DNA of 63,530 nt, filler included, from Craspedostauros australis (GCA_030167865.1; 9 parts of 9 records of this genome joined end to end with filler, not necessarily neighbours in it), one strand, 5' to 3'. Positions 45,398-57,597 are shown, counted from the first letter of the whole stretch. Made by a program: numbers and translations. Notes: generated by a model not told the origin, from the sequence alone.

Positions 45398-47992
45398 ATG
45401 AACCAGAACACCGATGTGGTAGTGAAGCCTACGGGTGTCAATCGTAGAAAAGATACGATGATGACGGAGACAGCAGCGACGAAACTGAACAAGGTGATCA
45501 CAAATCAGAGGAAGACAGCCATCGGCATAGGCGGAAGCAAGGAGCATCAGGCAAGGGAGAACAAGCAGATATCGGAGAGCACCGGTGGCAAGAAACCAGG
45601 CAAGATGCCGACCCTTGTGGAAGGAGAAAACGATGAAGGAGTGTCGACAGCGCGAAAGACAACAACGAGCACGTGGAAGTCGCTACCAGGAGAGATACGC
45701 AAGGCAGCAGCCTCGTTCGCGTACGCCGAAGTCTTGGCAGAAGAAGGAAGGTCCGTACACAACCTAGTGAAAGGCATGATGTCCCTACGAACACAGTGGA
45801 CAGGCAAGGCAGCAGCACAGACCGGCAAAGTGATTCCAGTTCAAGACGTCCAAGCGTTCATCAGCATGGCGATCGACGGGCGCAAGGAGAAATTCGGGGT
45901 GGCACAGGTCCCAAAAGCAGACGAACGCAGACAGCGAATCAAGAAACTCGCAGCAGATCTGAGCATGACAGACCCCAACGTGGTGTTCAAGGACATGATG
46001 ATACCAGACTCAGGAGGGCTCCTACGCAAAACCGAAATCACCATCGCATGGCGGGCAGCAGTAAACGCACTGGGATCCAGATATCCGGACGTGGTACTGG
46101 TACCGCAAGGCGAGGATGTAGTCATGGGAGTAGCCGAAACGACGAAGGACACAGCAACAGCAGGACTAGCCAGCTCGGTTGCACAGCCTAAAGTGGTCAC
46201 AAGCAAGAAAAGACTCAAACAACGCAAAATCAAATTCTCCATCAGCAACACCGATGCACGCGAAAAAGAAGCGGCGAGGCTCGCGAAGGCGCTCCAACAC
46301 AACACGAGCAGCGAAAGCGAAGATGACGAGGACGAAGACTCCAGCGAAGAGGACGAAGCACACAGCAGCGAAGAGTCAGTGGAAGCAGACAGCGACAGTG
46401 ACACCAGTACAGTCGAGAGCACCACCACACACACAGTGAAAGAAGGCATGGTGGCCAAGAGGTTTGACTTGACCGTACCGACGAAACAAGGAAGCCACAC
46501 ATTGAAGAGATACCTGAAGGCGCTCAGGCGTTGGCTCAAGGCACTGAAGGAGCACGACAACACGATCTTCCTGATGGCCTGGATGGAAAAAGACACGAAG
46601 GAAGTCATCAGCAACGAGAAACAGTTCCCGAAGACAGAGAGAGAGCTCATGGTGTACACAAGCAGGATGAGAATGACAGCCAACGGCAGGACAGTGACCG
46701 CCCAAGTCAGAATCGCCATGACATGCGATCCGCGAGACATCGTGTCCAAAATGGGGTCGCAGATGAACTTCTACTACCAGTCGTCAGGGCAAACGCTTTA
46801 CAAGCGCCCCCTCGACGAAGCGGAGTACACCAAACAGATCGGCATGCTCACGTACACCAGCAATTTCGCCAACGCTCAAGCCATCTGTGACATCATCAAC
46901 AAAAGACTGAAGGCCGACGGAATGAAAGGGGAAGTGGGGGGAAGGATCAGAGCTGACGGACTCGTGAGTCAGGAGCGACGCGACGCGCACAAAGCAGCAG
47001 GCAAAAGTTTCAAAGTGCAGCCGTGGCAAGCCCTCAGACTAGAGGCCGACATCAGGTACCATGTACCCATCACGAAGGCACTGTGTGTGATGTTCAACGA
47101 CATGCTCAAAGTGGGACCAGGAGGACTCCGAAACAGATTCGTGCCGAACCCACTGGCAATGACGCTCGGACCAGACGGAGTGCTCGCGACAAAGAGGCTG
47201 AAAGGCAAGCACGAAGCAGTGCTGGACATGATGCAAGAAGTGAGGATCAGAGGAGTGGACGAGCTCGACGAACCGGATACAGATCATCCACGCAAGACAC
47301 TGAGGACATACCTGGCGAACCAAGTACATCCAGTGACGAAGCGGCCAGTCTTCATCCACGTGGACAAACAGGAAGTCCCATGGAACGGGGAGACAGACGT
47401 GGCGTACGCGTACGTCTTTCCGGAGCATCTTCAGCACGCAGAGGTGATCGTCAATACCCTGGCGGCAAGATGCAGGAGAGAGATTGGGCACTCCACAGCA
47501 CGGTGGTTCACACTGGCAGAGCAAGCGGAGGCCAACCAAGTGCAGTTTGACAAAGTGACTGGGAAGTACAAGGTACCCCAGGTGGAGTCCATGCTACTGG
47601 TTGCAGACGAATTCCCCAACATTGTTCTGGAAGGACTTGACGTGGTTGACGGGACGCCATACAGGCCAATTGCGCTGGACGACAAAAGTGCCTTCTCTTT
47701 CACCAATCGAACCAGCAGAAAAGGATCGGCGTTGGAACAACCAATCAAGTCAGCCATGAAGCGGCGCAAGACAGACGACGCGCAGTCGGAGGCAAGTGAG
47801 TCTGCAGGATCCGAGATGTCCGTCAACACGGGAATTTCGGAGCTGTCGGCTTTTGACAGTGTGGCAACCAACACCCTTGAGAACCAGTCGGAAGACGCTC
47901 TCGTCAAACGCATCGCGAAGATTCAGGCGGCGCTCGACAGGAAGAGAGCAAAAGAGCCAGGAGGGGACGGGGAGACCGACATGCAAGAATGA
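45398..47992 (+). CDS. LINE ORF1 protein (864 aa)
   Basis: Intact ORF upstream of the endonuclease ORF; homologous to 3330-5548; acidic Ser-rich tract. Confidence 0.8.
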   Translation: MNQNTDVVVKPTGVNRRKDTMMTETAATKLNKVITNQRKTAIGIGGSKEHQARENKQISESTGGKKPGKMPTLVEGENDEGVSTARKTTTSTWKSLPGEIRKAAASFAYAEVLAEEGRSVHNLVKGMMSLRTQWTGKAAAQTGKVIPVQDVQAFISMAIDGRKEKFGVAQVPKADERRQRIKKLAADLSMTDPNVVFKDMMIPDSGGLLRKTEITIAWRAAVNALGSRYPDVVLVPQGEDVVMGVAETTKDTATAGLASSVAQPKVVTSKKRLKQRKIKFSISNTDAREKEAARLAKALQHNTSSESEDDEDEDSSEEDEAHSSEESVEADSDSDTSTVESTTTHTVKEGMVAKRFDLTVPTKQGSHTLKRYLKALRRWLKALKEHDNTIFLMAWMEKDTKEVISNEKQFPKTERELMVYTSRMRMTANGRTVTAQVRIAMTCDPRDIVSKMGSQMNFYYQSSGQTLYKRPLDEAEYTKQIGMLTYTSNFANAQAICDIINKRLKADGMKGEVGGRIRADGLVSQERRDAHKAAGKSFKVQPWQALRLEADIRYHVPITKALCVMFNDMLKVGPGGLRNRFVPNPLAMTLGPDGVLATKRLKGKHEAVLDMMQEVRIRGVDELDEPDTDHPRKTLRTYLANQVHPVTKRPVFIHVDKQEVPWNGETDVAYAYVFPEHLQHAEVIVNTLAARCRREIGHSTARWFTLAEQAEANQVQFDKVTGKYKVPQVESMLLVADEFPNIVLEGLDVVDGTPYRPIALDDKSAFSFTNRTSRKGSALEQPIKSAMKRRKTDDAQSEASESAGSEMSVNTGISELSAFDSVATNTLENQSEDALVKRIAKIQAALDRKRAKEPGGDGETDMQE

Positions 47993-49857
47993 TAAGGGGC
48001 AAGGTAGCTCTGGGAAAGCCAAGCCCGGGGCGAACCAAGCGGCAAGGAATGAGGACGGCTGTTGGGACGGATGTGCAACGAGCAAGTCAAAGGTGGGGGG
48101 AGGATGAAAGGAGGAAAGGCGACAACACAATTCGGATAGCGACACTCAACGTCGGAAGACTTCCGAAGGATCCAACATCGCACAAACAACAGGAGCTGTG
48201 GTACTGGATCAGGCAGAACAAAATAGACGTGTGCCTACTGACGGAGGTGGGGATCAACTGGGACAAAGCTGGAACTCACGGCAGCTGGCAGGCACGAGTA
48301 CAGCACCAGTTCAGCAAGTCGAAGGAGGCACGAGCATGGAACAAGGAGGAGACGATAGGTGGGATGGTGCAATGGGGAGGAACAGCGGTGGTAGTAACAG
48401 GACACACAGCAAGCAGAGTCCTCGGGAAAGACAACGACAACCTCGGACGATGGGCGAGTATGCTCCTACAAGGAAAAGACGGCATCAAAGTGAGAATGGT
48501 GAGCGTCTACGTGCCAGTCAAAAGTAACAACGGACCCAGGTCGGTGTACATGCAGCAATTGGCAGCAACAAGCCAAGAGGGAGAGGTCGCGACCAACGAT
48601 CCAATCAAGCAACTGATAGCAGATCTTCGAACACGAATCATCGAATGGCGAGGGCGAGGAGAAGAACTCGTCGTTGGAGGGGATGTGAACATGGACGTAC
48701 AAGGATCAGAATTCGCGAGGATGATGAGAGAGGAGGAGTTAAACGAACTGGTGCTATCCAGCCAACAAGAGCAGCCAGTGGACACTCATCGGTCAGGAAA
48801 CACGGGGAGAGTCATCGACGGTCTGTGGGGTTCAGCATCGTTAGCAACAGAACGAGCAGGCATGACGGATTTCCACGAATGGGACCACAGAACCGTGTGG
48901 GCGGACGTAAGGGAGGAGAGGGTTTTTGGGAGAAAGAAACAGAGGGATGTCAAATTCACCGGGCGCCGACTGAGGCTGGGGCTGAAGCAGTCAGTGCAAA
49001 AGTACACCAACGACGTACGAAAACACATGAAGCAGCAGGGCATCCAGGAACGAGTTCAGGCACTCGAGAGGGAAGTCCACTCCAACATGAATGAAGCCCA
49101 ACGAGCAGAGCTCGAAGCCATCGACAGAGCCAGGACAGAGATCATGGCCAAGGCGGAACGCAACTGCCGAAAAGTGAGGGTGGGGAAGGTCCCGTTCAGT
49201 CCTCAAGTGGACAAGGCACGGAAGGTGAAACAGTTCTGGGACGCAGCGGCCAAACGAAGGAAGGGAAAGGTCGTGAAGTCCAGACACATGGACAGACTGA
49301 AGAAGAAGGCCAAGCTAACAATCAACACCAGATACATGACACTGAGGGACATCGAAAAGGAGAGACAGAAAGCGTGGACAAAATGGAAGCAGGTAAAAGG
49401 GGATGCAATCCGGTACCGAAGAGACTTTCTGGAGGAGGAGGTCCAACAGAAGACGGCGTCGGGGAAGACAGTGGAGAGCCAGCACAGGAAACAAGTGCTG
49501 AAGCGTGAGGAAACCAAAGAAGCGTGGAGGAAGATTCAATGGGCTACGGGGAAGTCGAAAGGAGCCGGAGTCGGCATGGTGACAGGGGAAGTAAGAGGCT
49601 CCGAGCGGAAAACGTGGACAGAGCCTGAGCAGATAGCACAATGCTTTTGCGCCGAAAACGGCAAAAAGTACCAGAAGGCTCTGGCGGCACCGGTGTTTCA
49701 ATACGGTCTACCTGAGGGTATGTGGAAAGGGCAAGGCGAGTGGCTAACTACCCTCACATCTTCAACAAGAGGTCCCGACGAGTATACCAACTGGCTACTT
49801 CAATGCCTGAGTCAGAGGCAAGGGCCAGAATGGGCGGAACAGTTGTGCAGGGTGGAG
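47989..49857 (+). CDS. LINE ORF2, apurinic-like endonuclease domain, 3' truncated
   Basis: APE motifs IATLNV, LTEVG, SVYVP, GGDVN, IDGLW, WDHR; ATG overlaps the ORF1 stop (ATGA). Confidence 0.88.
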
Positions 49858-49957
49858 NNNNNNNNNNNNNNNNNNNNNNNNNNNNNNNNNNNNNNNNNNN
49901 NTTAATTAATTAANNNNNNNNNNNNNNNNNNNNNNNNNNNNNNNNNNNNNNNNNNNN
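49858..49957. other. Artificial contig linker
   Basis: 44N-TTAATTAATTAA-44N. Confidence 0.98.
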
Positions 49958-51603
49958 TGTACCCACGAATTTCACAGGGATTTGCCTCCACGTCGCTCGG
50001 AGTTTGCCGCCTCCAAGATCTGCAGATCTCCGAGACGATACCTGTCGGTTCTGTGCCAGGCGTTGGAATGCTGATGGAGCGCCAACCAATCTCGAACGTC
50101 GCGTATATCCAATGAGATGGCCAACGTGGTGGGCAGAGACAAAAAGTGTCTGCACCTCAAGGCGCATGACCCCATCCCGTGTGTTGTGAGACGCGAAAAT
50201 CTTCGTAGGAGGACGTACGATCTATGTGACGCACAATCGGGGTAAACGACATGGCGAACTGCTTGTGAGTCCCGCACACTTTCATGTCCACCAACGTGCA
50301 TTAGATAGCGATGAGAACCGGTTGCCGGAGTTGAAATCGGAAGAGGCGAGAATGTCGACGATGATGTTGATGTTGATGTCGTGGTTAATTTTTGTCAACA
50401 GTTCGCTTTCGATGTAAAATGCGAAGCAAGTCGTGCTCGTCGGAATCATCCTTGTTGATCTGCGCCTGTACTTTAGTGCCGTCTGCGCCTGTACTTTGGT
50501 ACCCATCTGCGCCTACACTTTGATGTTCATCTGCGCCTCCACTTTGGTGATCAAGTTTTGAGCGATAGCACAAGGAACATCCATCAGAGCTCATTCTCTG
50601 CTTTCTTGTTCCCACTGGCGTTCTCGTTGTGTCCTGTTGCGTTGTGTCCGGACCAGCATGCTGTTAGGGACGAGATGGTGACGACGAAGATGGCAACCGC
50701 GAAGACATGGCGCATTCGCTACCTTGACCCCTGTGCAGCCGGATCGTTGCATATCCATACATCTGTCATGATTATTCTTCTTTGATCCTTGAGGAGAGAG
50801 AGAGAGGGAGAGAGACCATCTGGGCCCCTCCACCGTGCGCTGTGGGTGGCGTAGGAGGCAGATGGAAGATCTGTTTGCCGGTCATGGAGTCTTGCTCCTG
50901 GGTGAAGAGGATCTGTCTGAGGAAATGTGCACGAACCTGCGTCGCGCATAGTGGAGCACAAGCTGCACCAAGCCGGATCATCATGCACACCAAGCACTCA
51001 GCGCAGGTACTTGCATCAGTACCGACAAGAACGCATACTCACGCTCAGGCTCACACTCAGACTCGTGGTGGTATGTCTGAAGAGAGGATCCTCACATCCA
51101 GATCTCACAAAAACATTCAGGCTCCAAAGTTGAACCCAAACCCAACCCAAACCCAACTCCAAGAAACAACCAAGAAGACCCACCGTCATGATCCACGGTG
51201 TCGAAGTCCAGGCTGATCCGCCTGTCGTTTCCAACGAAGAAACGGCTTACGGAGAGGATGGTGACAACAACAACAAGAACGACGACAACGACGACAACGA
51301 CAACAGCAACGAGAAGATCTGGCAACGTGTGGCACGACGAGTCGCCAGCAGGCCGCGAAGCTACCTTCTTTGGGGTCTCGCCGCTTCGCTGGTGCTCTCC
51401 GTCATCGGCATGGTCGCCGGCAAGTTCAGCGTCGGCGCTGAGACCGGTGGATGGCAATCGCGTGGAACCTCCATCGCTGATCGCAGTGCGCAAGTGCTGC
51501 TCGTCGAGATGAACCGAGAGTACATCTACGACGGAGGAGAGGCGGCATGGACCGATCTCATCAACAACATCCAACCAGGATATGATGCTGAAAGCGATGA
51601 CAG
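49958..51603. repeat. 1646-bp segment repeated in reverse complement at 52367-54012 (overlapping contigs)
   Basis: Mirror ORFs with identical translations; position p maps to 103970-p. Confidence 0.95.
50458..50545. repeat. ~24-bp minisatellite x4 (mirror of 53425-53512)
   Basis: TCTGCGCCT…ACTTT units. Confidence 0.88.
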
Positions 51604-52266
51604 CAACGACAACAAGAGGAAGACAAACACCGGAGATAGCAGCAACCGTCGACTGGCCTCATCCTTTGGCTCAACTCCGATTTCATCCCTCCTCTCTCAG
51701 GCTTCCACCAGCGTTGGTAGCAACGCTCTCGGACATGGAAACCACCGCACTCGCACGATGCCCTTCACCATGACAAGCGACCTTCGCCGTCGCCTCGAGG
51801 AGAAAAGCCATCTCATGCCAGGCTGCGACTTCGGATGGTACAATTCGGAATCGATGACCAACTCATCCCGCCTCTGGCCCATCTGGGAGGTCAAGAGCTC
51901 CAAGTCAGCCCTTGATGCAGATATCATCTACGAACTTTGCGTTGCTGAGGAGGACACCCAGAGCATTTTGGAGGAGAAAGGCCACTGCTTTGGATGCGAT
52001 GAAGGATGTCTCCCACCCTTGTCCATCGTGCTCTACGCTCGACTCGCCCTGACCTCCGACGACGGTCTCTCCATGTCCTGCGCAGCCCTTCGAGATGCAT
52101 GGGGGCCATACGAGGCCAAGACGAAGCAAGAATGGATCACCTGCGTCACCGACTTCGATACCGACTACGACCCAGAAACCAAGACCATCCCCGCATCTTG
52201 CCCTGACCATTTCTCCTCCGCCATGGTGAACTTCGACTACGACGAGACTGGCGTGGTGTCTTACAC
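51188..52266 (+). CDS. N-terminal part of a membrane protein, probably Patched/Dispatched (SSD/RND) family; truncated
   Basis: Amphipathic helix + TM (ARRVASRPRSYLLWGLAASLVLSVIGMV), GWQSRGT motif, Cys-containing luminal domain; SSD itself not visible. Confidence 0.55.
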
Positions 52267-52366
52267 NNNNNNNNNNNNNNNNNNNNNNNNNNNNNNNNNN
52301 NNNNNNNNNNTTAATTAATTAANNNNNNNNNNNNNNNNNNNNNNNNNNNNNNNNNNNNNNNNNNNN
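52267..52366. other. Artificial contig linker
   Basis: 44N-TTAATTAATTAA-44N. Confidence 0.98.
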
Positions 52367-52782
52367 CTGTCATCGCTTTCAGCATCATATCCTGGTTGGA
52401 TGTTGTTGATGAGATCGGTCCATGCCGCCTCTCCTCCGTCGTAGATGTACTCTCGGTTCATCTCGACGAGCAGCACTTGCGCACTGCGATCAGCGATGGA
52501 GGTTCCACGCGATTGCCATCCACCGGTCTCAGCGCCGACGCTGAACTTGCCGGCGACCATGCCGATGACGGAGAGCACCAGCGAAGCGGCGAGACCCCAA
52601 AGAAGGTAGCTTCGCGGCCTGCTGGCGACTCGTCGTGCCACACGTTGCCAGATCTTCTCGTTGCTGTTGTCGTTGTCGTCGTTGTCGTCGTTCTTGTTGT
52701 TGTTGTCACCATCCTCTCCGTAAGCCGTTTCTTCGTTGGAAACGACAGGCGGATCAGCCTGGACTTCGACACCGTGGATCAT
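52367..52782 (-). CDS. Redundant copy of the 5' end of the 51188 gene
   Basis: Identical translation; lies inside the contig overlap. Confidence 0.6.
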
Positions 52783-53424
52783 GACGGTGGGTCTTCTTGG
52801 TTGTTTCTTGGAGTTGGGTTTGGGTTGGGTTTGGGTTCAACTTTGGAGCCTGAATGTTTTTGTGAGATCTGGATGTGAGGATCCTCTCTTCAGACATACC
52901 ACCACGAGTCTGAGTGTGAGCCTGAGCGTGAGTATGCGTTCTTGTCGGTACTGATGCAAGTACCTGCGCTGAGTGCTTGGTGTGCATGATGATCCGGCTT
53001 GGTGCAGCTTGTGCTCCACTATGCGCGACGCAGGTTCGTGCACATTTCCTCAGACAGATCCTCTTCACCCAGGAGCAAGACTCCATGACCGGCAAACAGA
53101 TCTTCCATCTGCCTCCTACGCCACCCACAGCGCACGGTGGAGGGGCCCAGATGGTCTCTCTCCCTCTCTCTCTCTCCTCAAGGATCAAAGAAGAATAATC
53201 ATGACAGATGTATGGATATGCAACGATCCGGCTGCACAGGGGTCAAGGTAGCGAATGCGCCATGTCTTCGCGGTTGCCATCTTCGTCGTCACCATCTCGT
53301 CCCTAACAGCATGCTGGTCCGGACACAACGCAACAGGACACAACGAGAACGCCAGTGGGAACAAGAAAGCAGAGAATGAGCTCTGATGGATGTTCCTTGT
53401 GCTATCGCTCAAAACTTGATCACC

Positions 53425-53512
53425 AAAGTGGAGGCGCAGATGAACATCAAAGTGTAGGCGCAGATGGGTACCAAAGTACAGGCGCAGACGGCACTAAAGT
53501 ACAGGCGCAGAT
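53425..53512. repeat. ~24-bp minisatellite x4 (AAAGTNNAGGCGCAGA core)
   Basis: Units at 53425, 53449, 53473, 53496. Confidence 0.88.
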
Positions 53513-54104
53513 CAACAAGGATGATTCCGACGAGCACGACTTGCTTCGCATTTTACATCGAAAGCGAACTGTTGACAAAAATTAACCACGACATCAACAT
53601 CAACATCATCGTCGACATTCTCGCCTCTTCCGATTTCAACTCCGGCAACCGGTTCTCATCGCTATCTAATGCACGTTGGTGGACATGAAAGTGTGCGGGA
53701 CTCACAAGCAGTTCGCCATGTCGTTTACCCCGATTGTGCGTCACATAGATCGTACGTCCTCCTACGAAGATTTTCGCGTCTCACAACACACGGGATGGGG
53801 TCATGCGCCTTGAGGTGCAGACACTTTTTGTCTCTGCCCACCACGTTGGCCATCTCATTGGATATACGCGACGTTCGAGATTGGTTGGCGCTCCATCAGC
53901 ATTCCAACGCCTGGCACAGAACCGACAGGTATCGTCTCGGAGATCTGCAGATCTTGGAGGCGGCAAACTCCGAGCGACGTGGAGGCAAATCCCTGTGAAA
54001 TTCGTGGGTACAAGAGTGTGCGGGGGGAGCCGTAGTACAAGATTTAGTTGCTGGTATTCGTGTGAAAGTGACAACGTGTGTGACCACCAAGAGATCGCAT
54101 TCAG

Positions 54105-54150
54105 ACTTGTACTTGCACTTGCACTTGTACTCGTATTTGTACTTGTACTC
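54105..54150. repeat. Hexamer repeat (ACTTGT/ACTTGC-like)
   Basis: Degenerate 6-bp tandem run. Confidence 0.8.
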
Positions 54151-54556
54151 GCGTCTGCTTCATACCAACACAACTCAACAGCGACACCCGCATGATTGAC
54201 GGTGATGGAGTCCCTGTTGAGCCACAGTGTGATGTATGAAGGACGACCATGAGATTCTGCGATCAGGTTCTGATGCTATACATGACTAGAATTAGAGACA
54301 TGTCGTGTGACATGCAACGCGACGTCGTTGAGAGATAACCTTTTCTGACTATAATTCACCGCAACCCCCAAATCCATCAGCAACAAAAAGCAAAGATCTG
54401 CGACAATTCGCGAAGTCGTCACAAGCACTTTGCAACGAGCCCCTTTTCGACGATTCGCGAAGGCGTACAATTGTACTCGCACCTTGCAAAACAGCATCAG
54501 CATAAAACGCAAACTGCACATTCGGATAGAGCAGCAAAAGACACTGAAAATCCACC

Positions 54557-55521
54557 ATGGTGGCCCACAGTAACCGACCAGCTCTGTTGTGGGCGCGCAA
54601 AGCAACAGCCTGGACCCTCGGGGCCCTGCTTGCTGTCACATCTGTCAGCGCTGGAAATCCGTTCTCATCCAACATGGTCGCATTGATGCATGAAAACTGG
54701 AGAAAGTAGGTGGTCGAGTCACCCCATGCGGTGTTTGTGAACATCTGTCGACAAGGATGAGGATACTGCCAACGTCTCACTCCTGAGTGGGAACAGCTGG
54801 CAAAGGCTGCCAAGGGGATCGTCAAGATCGCCTATTGGGACACGGAGGGGGACCGCAGCCGTCCTTCACCGCGTTTGTTGGGGGAAATCCAGGGAACGCC
54901 CACTATTCGTCTCTTCAAGCCCAAGAAGAAGCAGCGCAAGCCCGAGAGCAACTCGGACAAGACCGTCGTGGACTACAACTTCGAGCGCAAGGCGAAAGAC
55001 ATGAAGCAGTTCATCGAGAATGAGATGACGAACTACAGCCAGCGCATCACATTTGGTCAGTCCGACCTGGACAAGGCCATTGCCAAGGCGAAGAAGTTCG
55101 GTTTGCCACTGGCCATCCTGTTCACCCACGGACGGCGCCCATGACGAAGTTTCTTTCAACCGAGTTCCGTCGTCGCATCCTAATTGCGGAAGTGCCACCA
55201 ACGAAGAACAACCAAGAGATCATGAAACAGTTCGGCATCTCACAATCGTCCAAAGATGGGCTGCCGCTGTTGATTGTGATCCCACCGGGCGAACTTGTGG
55301 ATCTTGTCAACAACAACGATGCTTTTGTCCGCTACGACGGCGCAGAATTCACAAAGCGGAAGCTCCACAGCTTCTTGTCCCAACACGCGCTGTCGTCTCC
55401 AGTTTACAACGCCAAGGAGGTTCCAATGGCAAGTGAGAGCGGCAGCGAAGATCAAGCTACAACTTCCACCGAAACTTCAACACAGCAATCTCAAGCCTCC
55501 CCCAAGCATGTCGAATTGTAG
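54557..55521 (+). pseudogene. ER PDI/thioredoxin-like selenoprotein (UGYC active site), apparently disrupted
   Basis: Signal peptide from ATG54557; thioredoxin fold VFVNICRQG-TGA(54758)-GYC-QRLTPEW…GTPTI; extra TAG at 54707 and frame change near 55130-55141; C-terminal HVEL. Confidence 0.8.
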
Positions 55522-55744
55522 CCTTGAGAACATGGGATGTGGACTGTGGAGTGGAATATTCTATTTTATTATACATTCACCGGACACATTGCCAGACCTG
55601 ACTCTCCTCCACTCCACTGTATTCAACTCTACATTTGGTACACTACTCGAAGTACACTCCTGTCGCAACACCGCGCCTTTGCTTGCTTGGCTAAGGCATG
55701 TACACATCGCCATCTGCAACTGCGGCATGGCAAACGTGACGTTT

Positions 55745-55844
55745 NNNNNNNNNNNNNNNNNNNNNNNNNNNNNNNNNNNNNNNNNNNNTTAATTAATTAA
55801 NNNNNNNNNNNNNNNNNNNNNNNNNNNNNNNNNNNNNNNNNNNN
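55745..55844. other. Artificial contig linker
   Basis: 44N-TTAATTAATTAA-44N. Confidence 0.98.
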
Positions 55845-55930
55845 GCGGATCTCCCGACAACACTGAAACGGGAAGACTGCAAACGAATTGAGATCAGCTG
55901 GATTTGTCACGCACGGCCATTGCCGTCAGG

Positions 55931-57597
55931 ATGAAAGAGGTCAGGAAACAGTCAAAGAAGCGGCGGCCGACGTCCCGCGAAAGTGGTCGTCCGACTGCTC
56001 AGGTCGCAGCAAGAACGAAGCAGAACGCTACGTTGCTGCATATTTTCATGGCCATCTCATTCTTCGCCAACATGCTCCTTCTCAGGTCAACCAACAGACA
56101 GCTGGCGGTTCCATTCATCGAAGTCCAGGATATGCCTTCCTTCAGCAAGGTTGTGACTGCTGAGCAGCCAGAAACATCTGCCGCGCTCAATGGGACTGAA
56201 ACAAACATCACTAACAGCATCAACTACACCAGAGCCAATGGCTCTCATCACATCGACTCCAACAAACGACGTCCACGAATCGCATTGCTGTCTTCCTTCG
56301 TGCCGTCCCTCGGAGCAGATACAAGGCTCAAGGAATTGAAGCACATGGTCAACAAGGCATGCTACGCCTATCTGTGGGATTATGACTTGATCGTTAACCA
56401 AACCGAATCATTCACGCAGCAACAGAAAGATGCATCGCCATGGCTGAATTTCGGGCATTGGAACCGCGTGCCCCACCTGCAGGCGATCATCGACGACTAC
56501 GACTGGGTCATGTACGCTGACGCCGATCATTACTTCCGCGACTTATCGTTCCCACTGGAGTCCTTCCTCCGAGAATTCAAGGTTTACAACCAAACGCCCA
56601 GCGTGTTCGTTCCGACAGACGATATCAATACATTCCACTTCTCCAGTTTTGCGGTTCTCGTGAAGAATTCACCCTTCGGTAAGCGCATGTTGGACAATTG
56701 GATGAAGTTTGGCAACGGGCTCTGTCGTCGGGGGAACAAACGCGTGAGGATTCAGCGGAATGGACCATTGTACAAATGGCAGCACAGTGGTAAGTGCTGC
56801 CCCCTCTGTTCTAGGTGACTGTGGCGCGCTTGACAGTGTCCCCTTGGATACGCAGTCAGCGCTGCTAGCGCACTTTCAGCGTCTGCTTTTGATGATGGTG
56901 CCGTTCACGACGATCCAAATTCGCAGCCATCAAAACTGTAGCGTCGTACCAGTAGCACACCCCACTCTTCGCTTCATCATTCTTGGTCCTCATCACCTCA
57001 TGCCGTGCCAAATTTGAAACGTGTCGTGCTTACGTACATACCCCCATTACACTCTGTAATGGGTACTCGACACTCTGCTTCATCTATATCCAATCATTGT
57101 TTGCTTCTCGTACGCATTGCACACATTATGACACAGATCAACCTGGGTTGTGGTTCAGCCTTGTACAGACGTATGAAGATTTTTACCAAACCGGCAACAT
57201 GCAACCGATTTGCAACAAGAAGACAGGCTTCATGAACTCGCCGAATGCATACATTGACGAGATCAACGAATACTTCAAGCAAGCGGGCTTGATATACGGA
57301 CACCACGGCGATGCCCTCGCCCAAATGAACAACCAACCGATTGTTTGGTCGACGGTCGGAGGCGCAATCACGTCACATTCCTGGAGCGGTCTCGGCTTGC
57401 AACTGAACACTGACCGCAAAACGTCGTTCGCGTTCCGTGATCAGGCAGTTGCGGTACACAGAAAGGAATTTGAGGGCACCGACGTGGAACGTGAATTGGA
57501 GTATTGCCAAAGAGCTCATGGTTGCTATGCGCGATACAATGCGGAGGATATGCTGGAGATTGGTTGCAACGACAGAGTGTTCACAGTCGCCAAGTGA
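55931..57597 (+). CDS. GT34 (GMA12/MNN10-like) glycosyltransferase; exons 55931-56789 and 57137-57597
   Basis: Type II TM; NKACYA…YD, W.RV, YDWVMYADAD (DxD); splicing recreates HS-DQPG; GTAAGT…CAG intron. Confidence 0.82.

Larger units (their letters stand above)
45340..49857 (+). mobile_element. Non-LTR (LINE-like) retrotransposon, probably diatom Ambal-like; 5' part
   Basis: Long ORF1 followed by APE-containing ORF2; strongly A-rich/T-poor sense strand; RT not reached before the contig end. Confidence 0.85.
52367..54012. repeat. Reverse-complement copy of 49958-51603
   Basis: Mirror sequence and ORFs. Confidence 0.95.

Noticed and set aside
53425..53512. CRISPR-like array (conserved core with variable bases)
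   Set aside because: Period is only 23-24 bp with no unique spacers of CRISPR length, no cas genes, eukaryotic context; it is a minisatellite
49958..54012. Giant hairpin or foldback element
   Set aside because: Arms lie on different contigs and begin at contig edges; a simple overlap explains it
54707..54709. In-frame TAG as pyrrolysine or a reassigned codon
   Set aside because: Other genes here end normally at TAG (e.g. 10361-63, 41326-28) and the same gene has a frame break, so mutation or error is more likely
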